Of a stretch of DNA of 61,954 nt, positions 50,345 to 61,954 are shown piece after piece. The notes beneath the pieces were generated by a model that was not told where the DNA came from, searched no databases, and saw only the letters and a program-made list of their open reading frames with translations. Within the stretch, counting starts at the first letter, position 1. Each line of letters begins with the position of its first letter. The position numbers and the translations under genes were made by a program. This stretch comes from Catajapyx aquilonaris (lineage: Eukaryota): assembly GCA_000934665.2 (NCBI GenBank), contig KZ538111.1, forward strand, positions 62,001 to 123,954. Direction: 5' to 3'.

Positions 50345-53188
50345 ATCTGAAAGGCAAGAAAAACATGCATATCACCACCAGAAACCTCTGGAAATTCGGC
50401 TCCCTTTTTTTTATACTTCTGATCAACGATAAGTGCATTTCCATAAAGTACATAAATGACTGATGAATTTGCGATGTTCTAGTGACGTCAAGATTACGTC
50501 GTCTGATACAGTGTTTTGATGTTGGGCATAGACGTCACCTGTTTTGCACTGAACTCATTATTACTATTACATGATATATCCAAGGTTCCCTACTGCCTCA
50601 ATATTTTGTCCAACTGCGCAGTTACATCGTGCTAATGATGCTTCTTATTTCCAGACTCCCCTTGTTGTCATGGAGACATCGAAGATTCCGAGGACATGGC
50701 TTTGCTTCTCTACAACATTTGAGACGATCCATTTGGCACAAACTGCGACAAATTACCACCCGGTTGAACAATGGCACCAGATGACATGTGAATAGGACCT
50801 CGTTTACAAGCGCATTATATGCAAATAATGGAAACCTTGATCAAAACAATCCGCTGGAAATGGACACGCACGCAGAAATACAGACAGAGAAAAAAAACTG
50901 CTAAAAATAAACTAAATGGCAGATGTGAGTTCCGGCTTCTTTGGACATTTTTTTTGTGTGTGTGATTACCGTGGGAGTGCCATATGGGAAGGGTTTTTGC
51001 AGTTTTTTGGGGACAAAAAGGGTGGATTTGTCCCCATTTCCACGCCCGTTTTGAGTCCCGATTGGAAGCCAATTTGGAAGCTAAGGGGAGGTTCCAAGCC
51101 CCTGTTTTTTTGACCTCCCCCCTTTATGTCACCCACAGATGTTTGTCCTCGGAATGGTCCAAACCACCCCTCTTCTCATCTTTCTTCAACCCTTCATAAC
51201 AAGCGCTTTTCGATACAAAAGGACACGTTTTTGGCGCGTGTCGGCTTCGGACCCCGAAGAGGGTGAAAATACCTTTTTTTTTGACAACAAATGTTTTTTT
51301 CCCTAACGGTTGGACCAACCGGAGCAGAATCAAGCCCAAAAAGTTTGCAATCTGGGGCAAAATCGAAAAGTTTAAAATATTCCAACTTTTTCGGAAATCG
51401 AAATAGGATCGGGATTTCAAAATGGCGGCTTTTCATCACCTCGCGACTTCAAGACTCGATTAAAACTTTTTGGAGTGCATAATTGCATGGTTAGATGCAA
51501 AAGAAGTCGTAACTCGAGTGAGCAATGATCAAGGTGTGGAATTTATGCCGATAAATCTAACTTTCTTCCACAATTAGGCGACTACATTATTAGCACTAGG
51601 ATGGCCCACGTGTATCAACACCAATTTTGTTAAAATTAATTTGAAGTCCAGTTTAATCACATTAACATATCAGCATATACCACTGAGGTACACTGCACCC
51701 CCAACCCTTTTCCAAACAGGTCATTCACACGCCAAAGAACAATGGAGAAGACTAACAATTCAAATCGACTATTTGCACTTCCATGTGCCAAAATCGCATA
51801 TTGTTCCCTCGTATTTGTAGTGAATTTTGCTTGAGGGGGGACACAAGTCCGGCGCCTCCTCTCCTCGTAATAAACTCCTATTGGTCCAATCAATAACTCA
51901 AGAGTACCATATAGGTAATTATTCTCCTTGCTTAATACGTCATGAAGGGAGTATAGTACCGTCTCCTGTCCGAAATTTCTTGGAAACGACTGTTTTATAG
52001 CAGCTCAAATTGAAGTGGGCAAGGTCGTGTTTAAAGGTCGGTTTTGAATCGCTTGCTAATTGAGATAATGCATATGCGTAATTGCAAGCTTGGCATCTGC
52101 ATATTTGTAACCCTGGCCCACGGAATGGTGGTGGTAAATTACAGCGTATGGGGAGGAAGGGAGTTGTAAACTATATGGTGGTGCACCTGTCGATATTTCA
52201 CAATGGACACTGTCATATAAATCATATAAAACAGCATATAAAAGAAAAATGCTACGAATTTCAAATCCATTACAGCAACACTGGGACTAGTACTACATGC
52301 AAGAAAAAGTTTAAAATATATTATTTTAGTGGTCCACCCTGTCATTACCCAGTCCACCCATTGCATTATACGGTGTACCTAAATTCTATAACAAAATACC
52401 TCCTCACATATTAACAGCATTGTCAGATTCATGCTGGTTTAGAAAGTTGGGGGGGGGGNGGGATGGCAGAAACTTCTGGCTCACTCTGTACCGCTTGTAA
52501 AGTGCAACGAACCGTCCGCACTCTACAGTGTGCAAGACAAAGTTGTTACTTGGCCCTAACTTGGAAGAATCATGGAGCCCTGAACAGGCACAAATTGCGC
52601 TCCTAATTGACCAATTTGGAGTGCCATACAGACCCTGTAGCCAACTACTTCATGCCTAATTATCGGGGGCCAGCTTAAATAAAGTTGTACTTCAGGGTTA
52701 ACCATGCCATAAACCTCTCTCGTGAACGCAAATTAGCCTGTTCCTTGTAATAATTACTATCGATCTTCTTCAAAAACATGACGAGAGGCAATAATGATTT
52801 TCTGCTGTCGCTTTGAGAGCGGTATGAATTCAACCTGTTTTGAAATGCACTTCAATTTGCTTTGGCAATTTGTCCTAGCGATGTGATGATTGGACATCAG
52901 CATATTACACTGTTAGCTGGATTTTGGGGCAAGCAGATACACAAAGCAGTCCAACAGGTAATGCATGAAGAAATGAAGTGTATTTAATAGACCAAAACAT
53001 TTATTTTCAGTAATGTGGTACTTCAGGTAATGTACATTGTTGGCAAGCTGGGCATACCTCCACAATAGCCTATCATTAACCACCAATATGTAGCCAGTAG
53101 CCCAGTACCCAAACAAAGGTGAAGGTACATGTCAACCACATTAAACCTTGCATAATGTTCCATAAGTCCATAAGTTGATCAGAAAGGA

Positions 53189-54028
53189 TCAATTAGGTTT
53201 CTCCTGCTTGGATGCAAATGCCTCGTAATAGTGAGAGTCAGGTTCTGACAGTGGCACTGCACAAGCCACTAGGTTGTCAAATGAATGAAATGTGAACAGT
53301 TTCACGCTTCCCTTCTGGTTACACAACTTTGAATTCTTCAGCGCGACAGTCACACAGTGATCATCATCAAGTAGTGTCTCCTCAAACACCCAATCATTCT
53401 GCAATTCCCCATCAATATATAAACATGAATCGGTAATAACAGACCCCTTTTGAACAGCAGACTTTGTCATGAAACTCAATGTCTGCAGGTCACTGTAAAT
53501 ACCCGTCCCTACAGCTTTCACGTAGCTCTCTTTTAGACACCAGTTCCGCATGAACATGTTCAACTGTAATTTCTCTGTGCCTAAAGATTTAATGGCATTC
53601 CACTCAGTGGGTGAGAACTGACGGTTCATAACTCGAAAGAACTCTCCAATGCTTTTACCCCCACTGTACTCAAACTTCATCACATCTATGCCCACTGGAC
53701 AATTCTCAGCAGCAAGCACCACAAAATCACCCGAGTGCGACACATTAAAATCCAGCTCTGAGCAAGGGTTGGGCAGTTTCTGGCTCAAACATGGCTTTCC
53801 CTTGTCAGTTCTTGTCAGCTGGACACTGTCGTATGGCATTCCCACCTCCTCACAGAGTAGTTTCCTAAGAAGCAAGCGTCCCACTATGGCACACTTGGCA
53901 TCCTTCTGAAACACATATCGTCCGATTCGTTCTTTTTCCTCGGACTGGATACACCTTGCAGCAAGAGTCCATTCAGCCCGAGTAGGAAGCCATTTGCCAC
54001 AGTTGAATGCCCACCGCACACTTTCCAT
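53189..54028 (-). CDS. AASDHPPT: L-aminoadipate-semialdehyde dehydrogenase-phosphopantetheinyl transferase (Sfp-type PPTase), 279 aa, intronless CDS
   Basis: MESVRWAFN...EEKERIGRYVFQKDAK...RTDKGKP...FNVSHSGDFVVLA...VGIDVMK...WCLKESYVKAVGTG. Probable 5' UTR exon about 58050-57829 (YY1-like motif 58036-58046, GAG|GTAATT donor) spliced to an acceptor at 54132. Confidence 0.96.
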   Translation of the reverse strand: MESVRWAFNCGKWLPTRAEWTLAARCIQSEEKERIGRYVFQKDAKCAIVGRLLLRKLLCEEVGMPYDSVQLTRTDKGKPCLSQKLPNPCSELDFNVSHSGDFVVLAAENCPVGIDVMKFEYSGGKSIGEFFRVMNRQFSPTEWNAIKSLGTEKLQLNMFMRNWCLKESYVKAVGTGIYSDLQTLSFMTKSAVQKGSVITDSCLYIDGELQNDWVFEETLLDDDHCVTVALKNSKLCNQKGSVKLFTFHSFDNLVACAVPLSEPDSHYYEAFASKQEKPN

Positions 54029-55559
54029 TATTGCATAATCACCAATACACTTAGGTATTATCTTGACTCCTTGCCTGTTGCATGCGAAGCTGAGCTAACA
54101 GTAGGACTCGGCCAGCAGCTTGCCCATCAAATCTAACAAAATAATAAATTATAATTAATTTATCATGATGATACTGATACCAGTTTCATGCTCATACCTC
54201 CTGGTCTAAGGGCAATATGAATATTCAAGCTCATTTCAATAAATTAAGGCAGGTAAATATTTATACGGAAGTCAGATGGCAGTAATCTGCAACATCAGGA
54301 TGCAGAGTACAGTTGGCAAATGGGTCATTCCATGTCAGTTCATCCAGCAGAAACTAAAAATGTCACCCACCATCTCAGATTTTCTTGAAATGCTAAATGT
54401 GTCAAGTGTGTACTGAGAAACTACGTAATTACCTGAAAATTTCAGCTTCCTAGTTATTATAGTTCTTGAGTTATGGCTAGGCAACATTTTTTGGGTGAAT
54501 ATGGCTATGGAAGAGTTGCAAAAGCACGACTCTTGTTTTTCAAAATAATTTATTGTAATATAACTAATAGTTATTAAATATACTACAATAAAATATTTTG
54601 AAAAACAAGAGTCATGCGATTTGGGAGCATTCTTCATGTTATTTCCAAATTATGTTGTTATGGATTTTCAACAATAGCAAAATATTTCAAACAAGGGCAC
54701 CAACCTGATTTGTAACTTTTAAACAGGAAACATCAAGTTTCAAGTTCTGCTGTTACTTAGAGCCCAGGCATTGCTGTCATACAGTGTGTACTGTACCAGT
54801 AATAATTGAAAAATTATACTTGGTAGATTTGAGTGACACACAAAATGTGTTGATCCAGCACTATAATTAATGAGCACATCTTGCTTTTCAATGGTCCTCC
54901 TCTCTCAAGTAATGCCAAGGTGCAACTCCCTCTAGCTATGCCAGAAAAGCACTTACCACCTTTTCATTTTAACACACCAACATGAAAATGACTAAAATTT
55001 TCATGACACTGTAAACCTATCTTTCTTGTAGCCATAAAAATTGGCCAGCTCAATCAATAGCAGGGAATACACATGTTCCTAAATTTTTCTATGCTCTGTT
55101 TCGCTCGTTATGTTATAAATATATTACATCTAGGCCATGTGCAGCATATTTAGAAAATGATGCCTCATAATAATACCATATAGATGTCCCCTTTAATATC
55201 TATGAATAATTGCTCAGTATCTGCTGTCATAAACCCTGCTAAGAAGACTTACAATGCACAGGAGCAAATGAAGAACCTCCATGTATGGTAAAATACTACA
55301 ATAAATTCAAGCCCCTCGATAAATAACAAAAAAAATTAAGGATCTTGATATTATAAGTAAATTATGTTCTCTACCAAATATTTCTGTATAATTTAACAGT
55401 GAAAGTGGTCAATATTAAAATACAAAATGATTTTCAAGTGTAGCAGGAAATCACAAAATTTGCACCTGTTATACATGCTAGCTGGCTCTCCCGGGATATA
55501 CTGCGGCCCCCTGGACAACTTAATTTTATATTGGTATGTTGCAATATAGAGGGTAATAT

Positions 55560-56039
55560 GGGGAAGTGCGGTGGCCGAGATGGTAACATCGATCTGCTTG
55601 CTGAGTGAAAGGTCCCAGGTTCAATCCCCACCTGAGAGCTCCCTTTCACCTGCATCAGGAGGGTCTCTGACCCTCACCTTGGAGGTGTCTGGCAACCTAA
55701 TCTCCTGGGGGACTGCACATGGCCCAATTTGAGACAACACACTTGCACCCGTGTCCCCCCCCCCAAAAAATCCCTATCCTTATCCAATGTCCTTGTTTCC
55801 CTGTATCAACAGTGCAAAAAGAACTGTCCCAGTCATCCTGACGTGTGGGCTGGCCGCTCGACACACACCATGTAAGTCACATGGTGTGTGTCGAGCGGGC
55901 AACACACACATCAGGATGACTGGGACAGTTCTTTTTGAACTGATGATACCAGAGTTCGAAGAAAAAATAGAAAATAATACAGAAAATATGGTGGTGTTTC
56001 ACACCCCTAAGAGAGCCAATGGCTCTAGCACAGGGTAGC
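55560..56039 (+). mobile_element. tRNA-derived SINE interrupted by a hairpin element
   Basis: GTGGCCGAGATGG (A box) and GGTTCAATCCC (B box); 3' end CCTAAGAGAGCCAATGGCTCTAGCACAGGGTAGC resembles the tail of the SINE at 29301. Confidence 0.65.
55803..55949. repeat. Near-perfect 147-bp hairpin (stem about 71 bp, 5-nt loop)
   Basis: CAAAAAGAACTGTCCCAGTCATCCTGA...CCGCTCGACACACACCATGT-aagtc-ACATGGTGTGTGTCGAGCGG...TCAGGATGACTGGGACAGTTCTTTTTG. Confidence 0.9.
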
Positions 56040-56805
56040 ATTTTTTTTTTTAAAAAAAAAGAGGGTAATGTGGTAACTCAAAATTATACTTTCGGTGTCA
56101 CATTTCCTTAAAATGTCTCAAATTTCTGTCAGTAACTGAATGAAAAGCAATTATTATTACCTTACAATTTTTTATAATACAAATATGCAAGGACAAGTTT
56201 ACAATACAGTACCTCCATTTATTTGCAACAAAACTGCTGGTCAACATATTGGGGAGGGGTGGGGGGAATGCACAAAGTAATTATTCATGAGGGGTGCTCT
56301 TCCAGAGTTGTTTGAAAAGTTAAATAAGTCACAGTTCATGGCCACAAATGGGAAAGAAGATATTTGGCACACTGCAGCTAAGAGAATTCCCTAATTTGTG
56401 TTGTTCTCCAATATATTAAGATATTCATGCCACACCAGTTTTCTTAAATGTGCCCCTTGCTGTCCCCTACTCCTTCTATTGTCACTCTTGACAAACTCAA
56501 TATTTTCGTACATTGTTCCTCATGCAAATATGCAGTAAGTCAGCAGATTATAAGGTTTGACATGAAAAAGGGTGCAATAAAGTTCATGCAACCAAAGAAT
56601 GGTAGTGGCATCACAATGGGCAACAACAATAATAATTCTCAATAATTAAAGGTCTATGACGTCAGGACAATTATCTGGCAGAATAAATTTTAGGTGAAAA
56701 TGCAGTGATATCAATTTTTAATGCAATCGTAACCATCGCTCCTTGACTGTGCCAATCACAGTTTGCATTTTTTTTAAAAAAATCCAACCTATTATTTCTA
56801 CCCAA

Positions 56806-57055
56806 GGGGAGCACAGTGGTCTAGCAGCTAGGCCACTGGCCAGTCGAAGTCCAGGGTTCAAATCCCATCCCCATCACCTTCTCTTGCTTGCGTCTTTTCC
56901 CTCAGTTTTACTCACGTGTCTGGACAGAATAGCACTTCCTTCTCTGCCCAGACCATGGCCCAGACCAAGAGAAAATGTCTGGATTTTAAGACTAAGGTCC
57001 AGAATGAGTCACAAACTACCCAGATGACTGTGTCCTCCTTTGGGAACTTTTCACC
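56806..57055 (+). mobile_element. tRNA-derived SINE, diverged copy of the 29301 family
   Basis: GTGGTCTAGCAGCTAGGCCACTGGCCAG...GGGTTCAAATCCCATCCCCATCACC aligns with the 29301 copy. Confidence 0.75.
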
Positions 57056-58145
57056 TATTTGAGTATGTTGCATGTAAATGATTTAAAAAAGGGCACTGTG
57101 ATATACCCTACTGGGGTGAAAGTACTACTGGATGATATTTTCTACTCTTGTCCTCCTAGTAACATAGTTTATGGTGTCATCCATGTCAACCTTACAGTGT
57201 GATGACTCTAGCCTCACAGAAACAACTGCACATGTTGAAGGTGGAAGTATAATAAATCTTATCATCACCTCCAATGACTAGCTTCAGACTTTCACTATAT
57301 GCTTGCTATATGTAACCACCACAGTCAATCCTACCTACAACACCCGAACTTTGACCAGCTTTGACCTTGTAACTCTTGCTTGAGTGAGAGAAGTACAATG
57401 TGTCAAAAGTCATTCCGTATTTATTTTTTAAATCCATGAGCAGCAGACATTCGTGTGAGCATCGGACTATGCCACTATCAACATTTCGAACATGAGGCAG
57501 CATCTGGATGTGAATTTCTCTCTCGCACAGGCAAGACATTGGATCGGAGAGTACACTGCTTCATGCACAGCAACAAGTAGTTATTATGATTAGTTCCTTG
57601 TTTCCTTTGTTGCCATAACAAGAAGCTTTTAAGCAGGGTTTCCCCAGAAACGGCCTAAGGTCAGGACAACCTGGAGGTACATCCTACAATAGGTACTCCG
57701 GTACCACTTGTAGTCCAGTCAATGCAGGTGCCCACAAAATACGTGAATCGACTCTCGCTTCCTCCCAGACTGCATGCTACACAAACATGAAAATCGAAGC
57801 AATGTCGCCACCACAGGAGTGCAATTACCTCAAAAGTCACGTTGGAAGCTGCCAGTAAGAATCCGCCCTCGCACTCCCAAACACCGGTGTCAGCGCCGTT
57901 ACTCCGTCGTCCGAAGCCCTGAACATCAACACAGACAGCCTTCGCCTCAGAACTGGTAACGATCACCCATGAAAAGCCACACAAACGGGGAAGAAACGGT
58001 TGTTTTTGGTCCACGAAAAAATCCAAGCACAAGAAGCCGCCATCTTTCAAGGTTGCCAATAGAAGCGGAAAAAACTGGCAGTCGACAGTGTAGCCAATGA
58101 CAGGAATACGATACTGTATACAGACTGCGCGCGAAATTGAACACT

Positions 58146-58158
58146 AATGATGATGATG

Positions 58159-58229
<71 letters not shown>
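58146..58229. repeat. (GAT)n(AAT)n microsatellite
   Basis: Read directly. Confidence 0.95.
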
Positions 58230-58230
<1 letters not shown>

Positions 58231-58278
58231 GGTAAATGATTGGGGCAGATTACTTGATTACATGATCACATATAATTA

Positions 58279-58451
58279 TGCCGTCAGATGTAAGAAGACC
58301 GTAGCTCAAACACTACTACACTAGTAAGGGTGAAAGTCCCATGCATGTCCTACACTAATCCCCCATGACTCAGATGGGTTTAGTGCAGGGCATGCATGCG
58401 ACTTTCACCCTTACTGGTTTTTGAGTTACGGTCTTCTTACATCTGACGGCA
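58279..58451. repeat. Foldback hairpin element (about 173 bp)
   Basis: TGCCGTCAGATGTAAGAAGACCGTAGCTCAAA ... TTTGAGTTACGGTCTTCTTACATCTGACGGCA, with a paired inner stem. Confidence 0.85.
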
Positions 58452-61400
58452 GTTATGGGAATCTTAACGGAATATTTTCGCTCTAAACAGGTTTTCCTGC
58501 CGTACTTGTACTTGATTAATGCGGCGGGTATGCGCGCGCACAGTGGCATGTCATACACCCGACCATTTATGATGGGCGGCATCTGCCGGATGCGAGTAGG
58601 GTCCGTCTCCATGACAATGTCTCGGGCGATTGTCCTCAAAATATCTTGGTGTGTCCGAAGTGGCAACGCGGCCGTCCATATATCTGAAGAGGAAGAACAT
58701 CTAGAGGGCAGCACAAGCGGCGCAAAAGTGGAATGAAGCAGGCGGGGGGATCGCCGCGCTGTAAGTATACCCCTCCTATTTTGGCCTCATTATACTACAC
58801 GGTACAGGTGCGCCACCTACACCTGTTCCAAGGTCATCCGTAACCATCCCCTACGAGTCTACTCGTACATACGAACATTTAGATATTTTTCAACCAATTT
58901 GACGCCTAAATCCAGCATGCTTCTTCATTATATGAGCAATCTAATGGTTTAATTGGGCCCATTTGCATACGGGCTAGGCCTAGGTTTATGGTATAAGTGT
59001 AAGGAATAGGGAGTGTACTATAGGCGGAGGGGATGCGGGGGTGGATATATAGAATGAAGGAGGAGGGATGATGGCGAGGGGGGATGAGGATGGATCGATG
59101 ACTGGAGTCAACCCAAAAACAAGATGAAAAGCTCATAGAATTTTCACCTGTTATAACACATATTGGGTGGGTGGACACAAAGAGCAGGATTACTTCGGCT
59201 ACAATGTGGCAGTGTGCGGAGGGTGTTTGGCATGGTTGTATAATGGGAAGGGACGCGGGGTTTACTGTGCTTTCTCGCTTCATAATTATGTGATGGTGAA
59301 TTTATGACAAAATTTTGCTCGATTTTGTGAGAAGAGTTATTATTTTGCAGGAAATTCATTGAATATTGGTGTTAAGAATGTGATTTTGAACACCTTTAAT
59401 ATGATACAAAGTCTGAATGGACATACATGCCTGAACAACAATTTGGCACAAGTAATTTACACCAAGTCGTGAAATCAGACTATTTCAGCTGCCTACGAAA
59501 TATGTGTAGGCCCTATATCATTATTTTTGATGGCTCAGTATAAGACTAGCCCGGCAACTTTATTATTATCACGAGATATTGATATGTCATAATTGTCTGA
59601 TGTTTCACACGCAATATTGACTAAGAATGCAATAACATCTATACATCACGTAACTACCTGTATACTTCACTCACCAAACAGCCTAGCTATTCATAATTAT
59701 CTCGGCTACATGCCCGGTTTTTATATGGAAATTCTACAAACAGAAACGGTTGCGAATTCTGCATGCATTTTATTAGCCTCACTGGAACCACAGCTGCACT
59801 ACGATACAGTGGTAGTCAGTAGACAGATCGTAGTTTAAATGAGACTGTATGTCTGTAATAATAATCAAGTGTCATTGTGCTACTAAACTGGTGAAAATTC
59901 TTATTCATCATCCTATGTGCTGTTTTATAAAATGCATATTTCAATTTATAAATTAAATAAATTCGCCTAAGCTCCTCCAATCTATTATTAAAAGCCGACT
60001 GTTCCCATAATCCTTCCCCGCACCGGACGGCCTATAGCGTTGGCATTGGTGTCAACATTTTTCCTGCGTTTTTAATGATTTGCAAACCACTTTTTAAACA
60101 AGAAACAGTGCCCAGGGACTTTGTAAAACTCAAAAAACGCAAAATAAAAGGCGACCGCGACCGTTCACGGAATTCCCATTTCCGCCGTTCTGCGCGCCAG
60201 GGCGCCACCTCCTGTGTGGCGACTCGCTTGCTTCTGCACTTCACCGTCGGATGTCGCTTCGATGCCAAACTTTGTGCCAAATTTTGGCAAGTTGGTGCCT
60301 AGTAAGCCAATAATCTGAAACAGTCTTCCAAATATTTTTACTAGTCATGCTTCGGCCCTTCGTACTATACTGTATGGGCCTACCGTACAGGCCATTTTCG
60401 CATTGTCTTTTTCCAAGCCCGCTCCCGCATCACACGCTCACCCAGCCCATTGTGGACACCCAAATACCTCTTTCCAGGTATTTTCATCTACAAACTTGGC
60501 CGCATCAAAAAATGGGTAAACACATACCCAGAAAATGAAACGCCACATGTTTTTTTTTCCACCACCACCCACCGTGATTATAACCCCCTCCGAAAAAAAA
60601 CAACAACAACGGAATTTACACCAGCATTATTGCACCGGTGCCTAAGACTTAATTCGAGCCTCCATATACAGGCGGTTTAACTTTCATCCCGCCCCTGAAT
60701 TGTGAACAAGTGGAGCGCACGACATATGAAAAAGCTGCACAACTGGCACCGAACAATGGGAAGGGACAATAAAAAAACATAAAAGCCGCAGATGCAAAAC
60801 ACAAGTGCAATAGTCAACATTTCTACCACCCCATCCTCCCACCTCCAACCCTCATCAAGGCGACCCCTACTGTATAGTGACAGTTTCAAAATTGCTATTG
60901 TTCCGCACAGTCGGGGTATATATACTATAGTCTACATGCAGAAACCACCTGTGGGATTTGGCAAGCGAATAAAACCAGGTTTCGCGGAGACCTCTACGAA
61001 AAAATAAAATAGAATGTAAACGCCCCCCAGATCATCCGGGTTCGGGGATTTAAACTTTAATTAGCGCAGGCCCCCACTCCGTTCCTAATCTCGTTAATTA
61101 CGGATTAATTATGGAAACAAATGCTAATGGATTCCTAATGCCGCCCGTTATTAAGGGAGAGATTTTGGGATCACATTTCTTTGATGTGTTTATATTATTA
61201 TTCCGAGCAGAGTTGTGACACTGCAGCCTGAGGGAGGCGAAGATTTTGAGAGAAATATGAAAATATTTCTGTATCAAAGATCGATGAATATCGAATTTCA
61301 TTCGATGTACCGGTATCGAAACTTAAAATGCTATAGTCCGCCAAATCATGTGTGTAACACACATAAACCAGATAACATTAGAAAAATTATCATAATGTCA

Positions 61401-61453
61401 CTTAATTCTGTTAATATTAATTATTATTTTTATGAATATATTATTATAATTAT

Positions 61454-61482
61454 CACTAGCAGGTTACCCGGCGTTGCCCGGG
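61454..61482 (+). mobile_element. Helitron/Helentron-type terminal motif
   Basis: ACTAGCAGGTTACCCGGCGTTGCCCGGG, a short GC hairpin next to ACTAG. Confidence 0.5.
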
Positions 61483-61789
61483 TATGTTGGGGTGCTGGTA
61501 AAGATAGGGGTACATATCTGTGATAGATTACCTGCTTGTCTTATAGTGTACAGTCACCACGGATATTCTGATTGGATGTGTAAAAGGAGGAATGCGGATG
61601 GAGTTGGCCCAGGAAAAGACTGCACAGCCATGTGTTTTTTCCCCTGCATTTTTGACCCCTTGACCCCCCCCCCTCCCCCCCAACCCCACTTCACACCCCC
61701 ACCTCGTTCCATATGTTTGCTCTGGATAACTTTAGAAATGTACGTACAGATGTATGATGGGAAATTTTGTTTTCAACACGGAGTAATAT

Positions 61790-61954
61790 AAAGTGGTGCT
61801 GCGGGAACGTCGGGTTCGATTCCAGCCCAGGGTTCCCTCCTTCATCCCGTGCAGAGTTGGGTCGTCTCTGGCTTCGTTTCGGGTGGAATCTCCTCAGACT
61901 AATCTACCCGGGGGAGTTCACAAAACATACCGTTTGAGAATTGCACTTGCAGCT
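61790..61954 (+). mobile_element. Probable tRNA-derived SINE fragment at the window end
   Basis: B box GGGTTCGATTCC at about 61812-61823. Confidence 0.4.

Noticed and set aside
57306..57539. 77-aa minus-strand ORF or snoRNA in the AASDHPPT 5' intron
   Set aside because: No recognisable protein motif and no convincing C/D or H/ACA box pair.
50347..58050. CAAP1 and AASDHPPT sharing one promoter, with AASDHPPT nested in a CAAP1 intron
   Set aside because: A separate CpG-rich region with a GCCGCCATTTTG motif (51418-51429) gives CAAP1 a plausible promoter of its own; no positive evidence for sharing.

Overview
Eukaryotic, most likely arthropod, genomic DNA with many short introns and a 40-N gap at 5253-5292. 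Bases 1 to about 23.4 kb hold the 3' half of an ELAV/Hu-family gene (+): RRM2, hinge and RRM3 exons, four frame-preserving cassette or micro-exons read from splice sites (one matches the insect fne/Rbp9 hinge mini-exon), and a probable 10-kb 3' UTR with repeated miR-252-type seed sites. A compact housekeeping cluster follows: BAP1/calypso (+), MBD4/MeCP2-family (+), HSPA14 (+, one GC-AG intron), CAAP1-like (-, tail-to-tail with HSPA14) and an intronless AASDHPPT CDS (-). The MBD4/MeCP2 gene has an apparent alternative terminal exon giving an MBD-only, glycosylase-less isoform. A spliced, apparently non-coding transcript may run divergently from HSPA14. Introns and spacers carry foldback MITEs, tRNA-derived SINEs, a mariner remnant and a 12-unit array of 22-bp palindromes. 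All gene models were built by eye from splice signals and reading-frame phase; no database searches were run.
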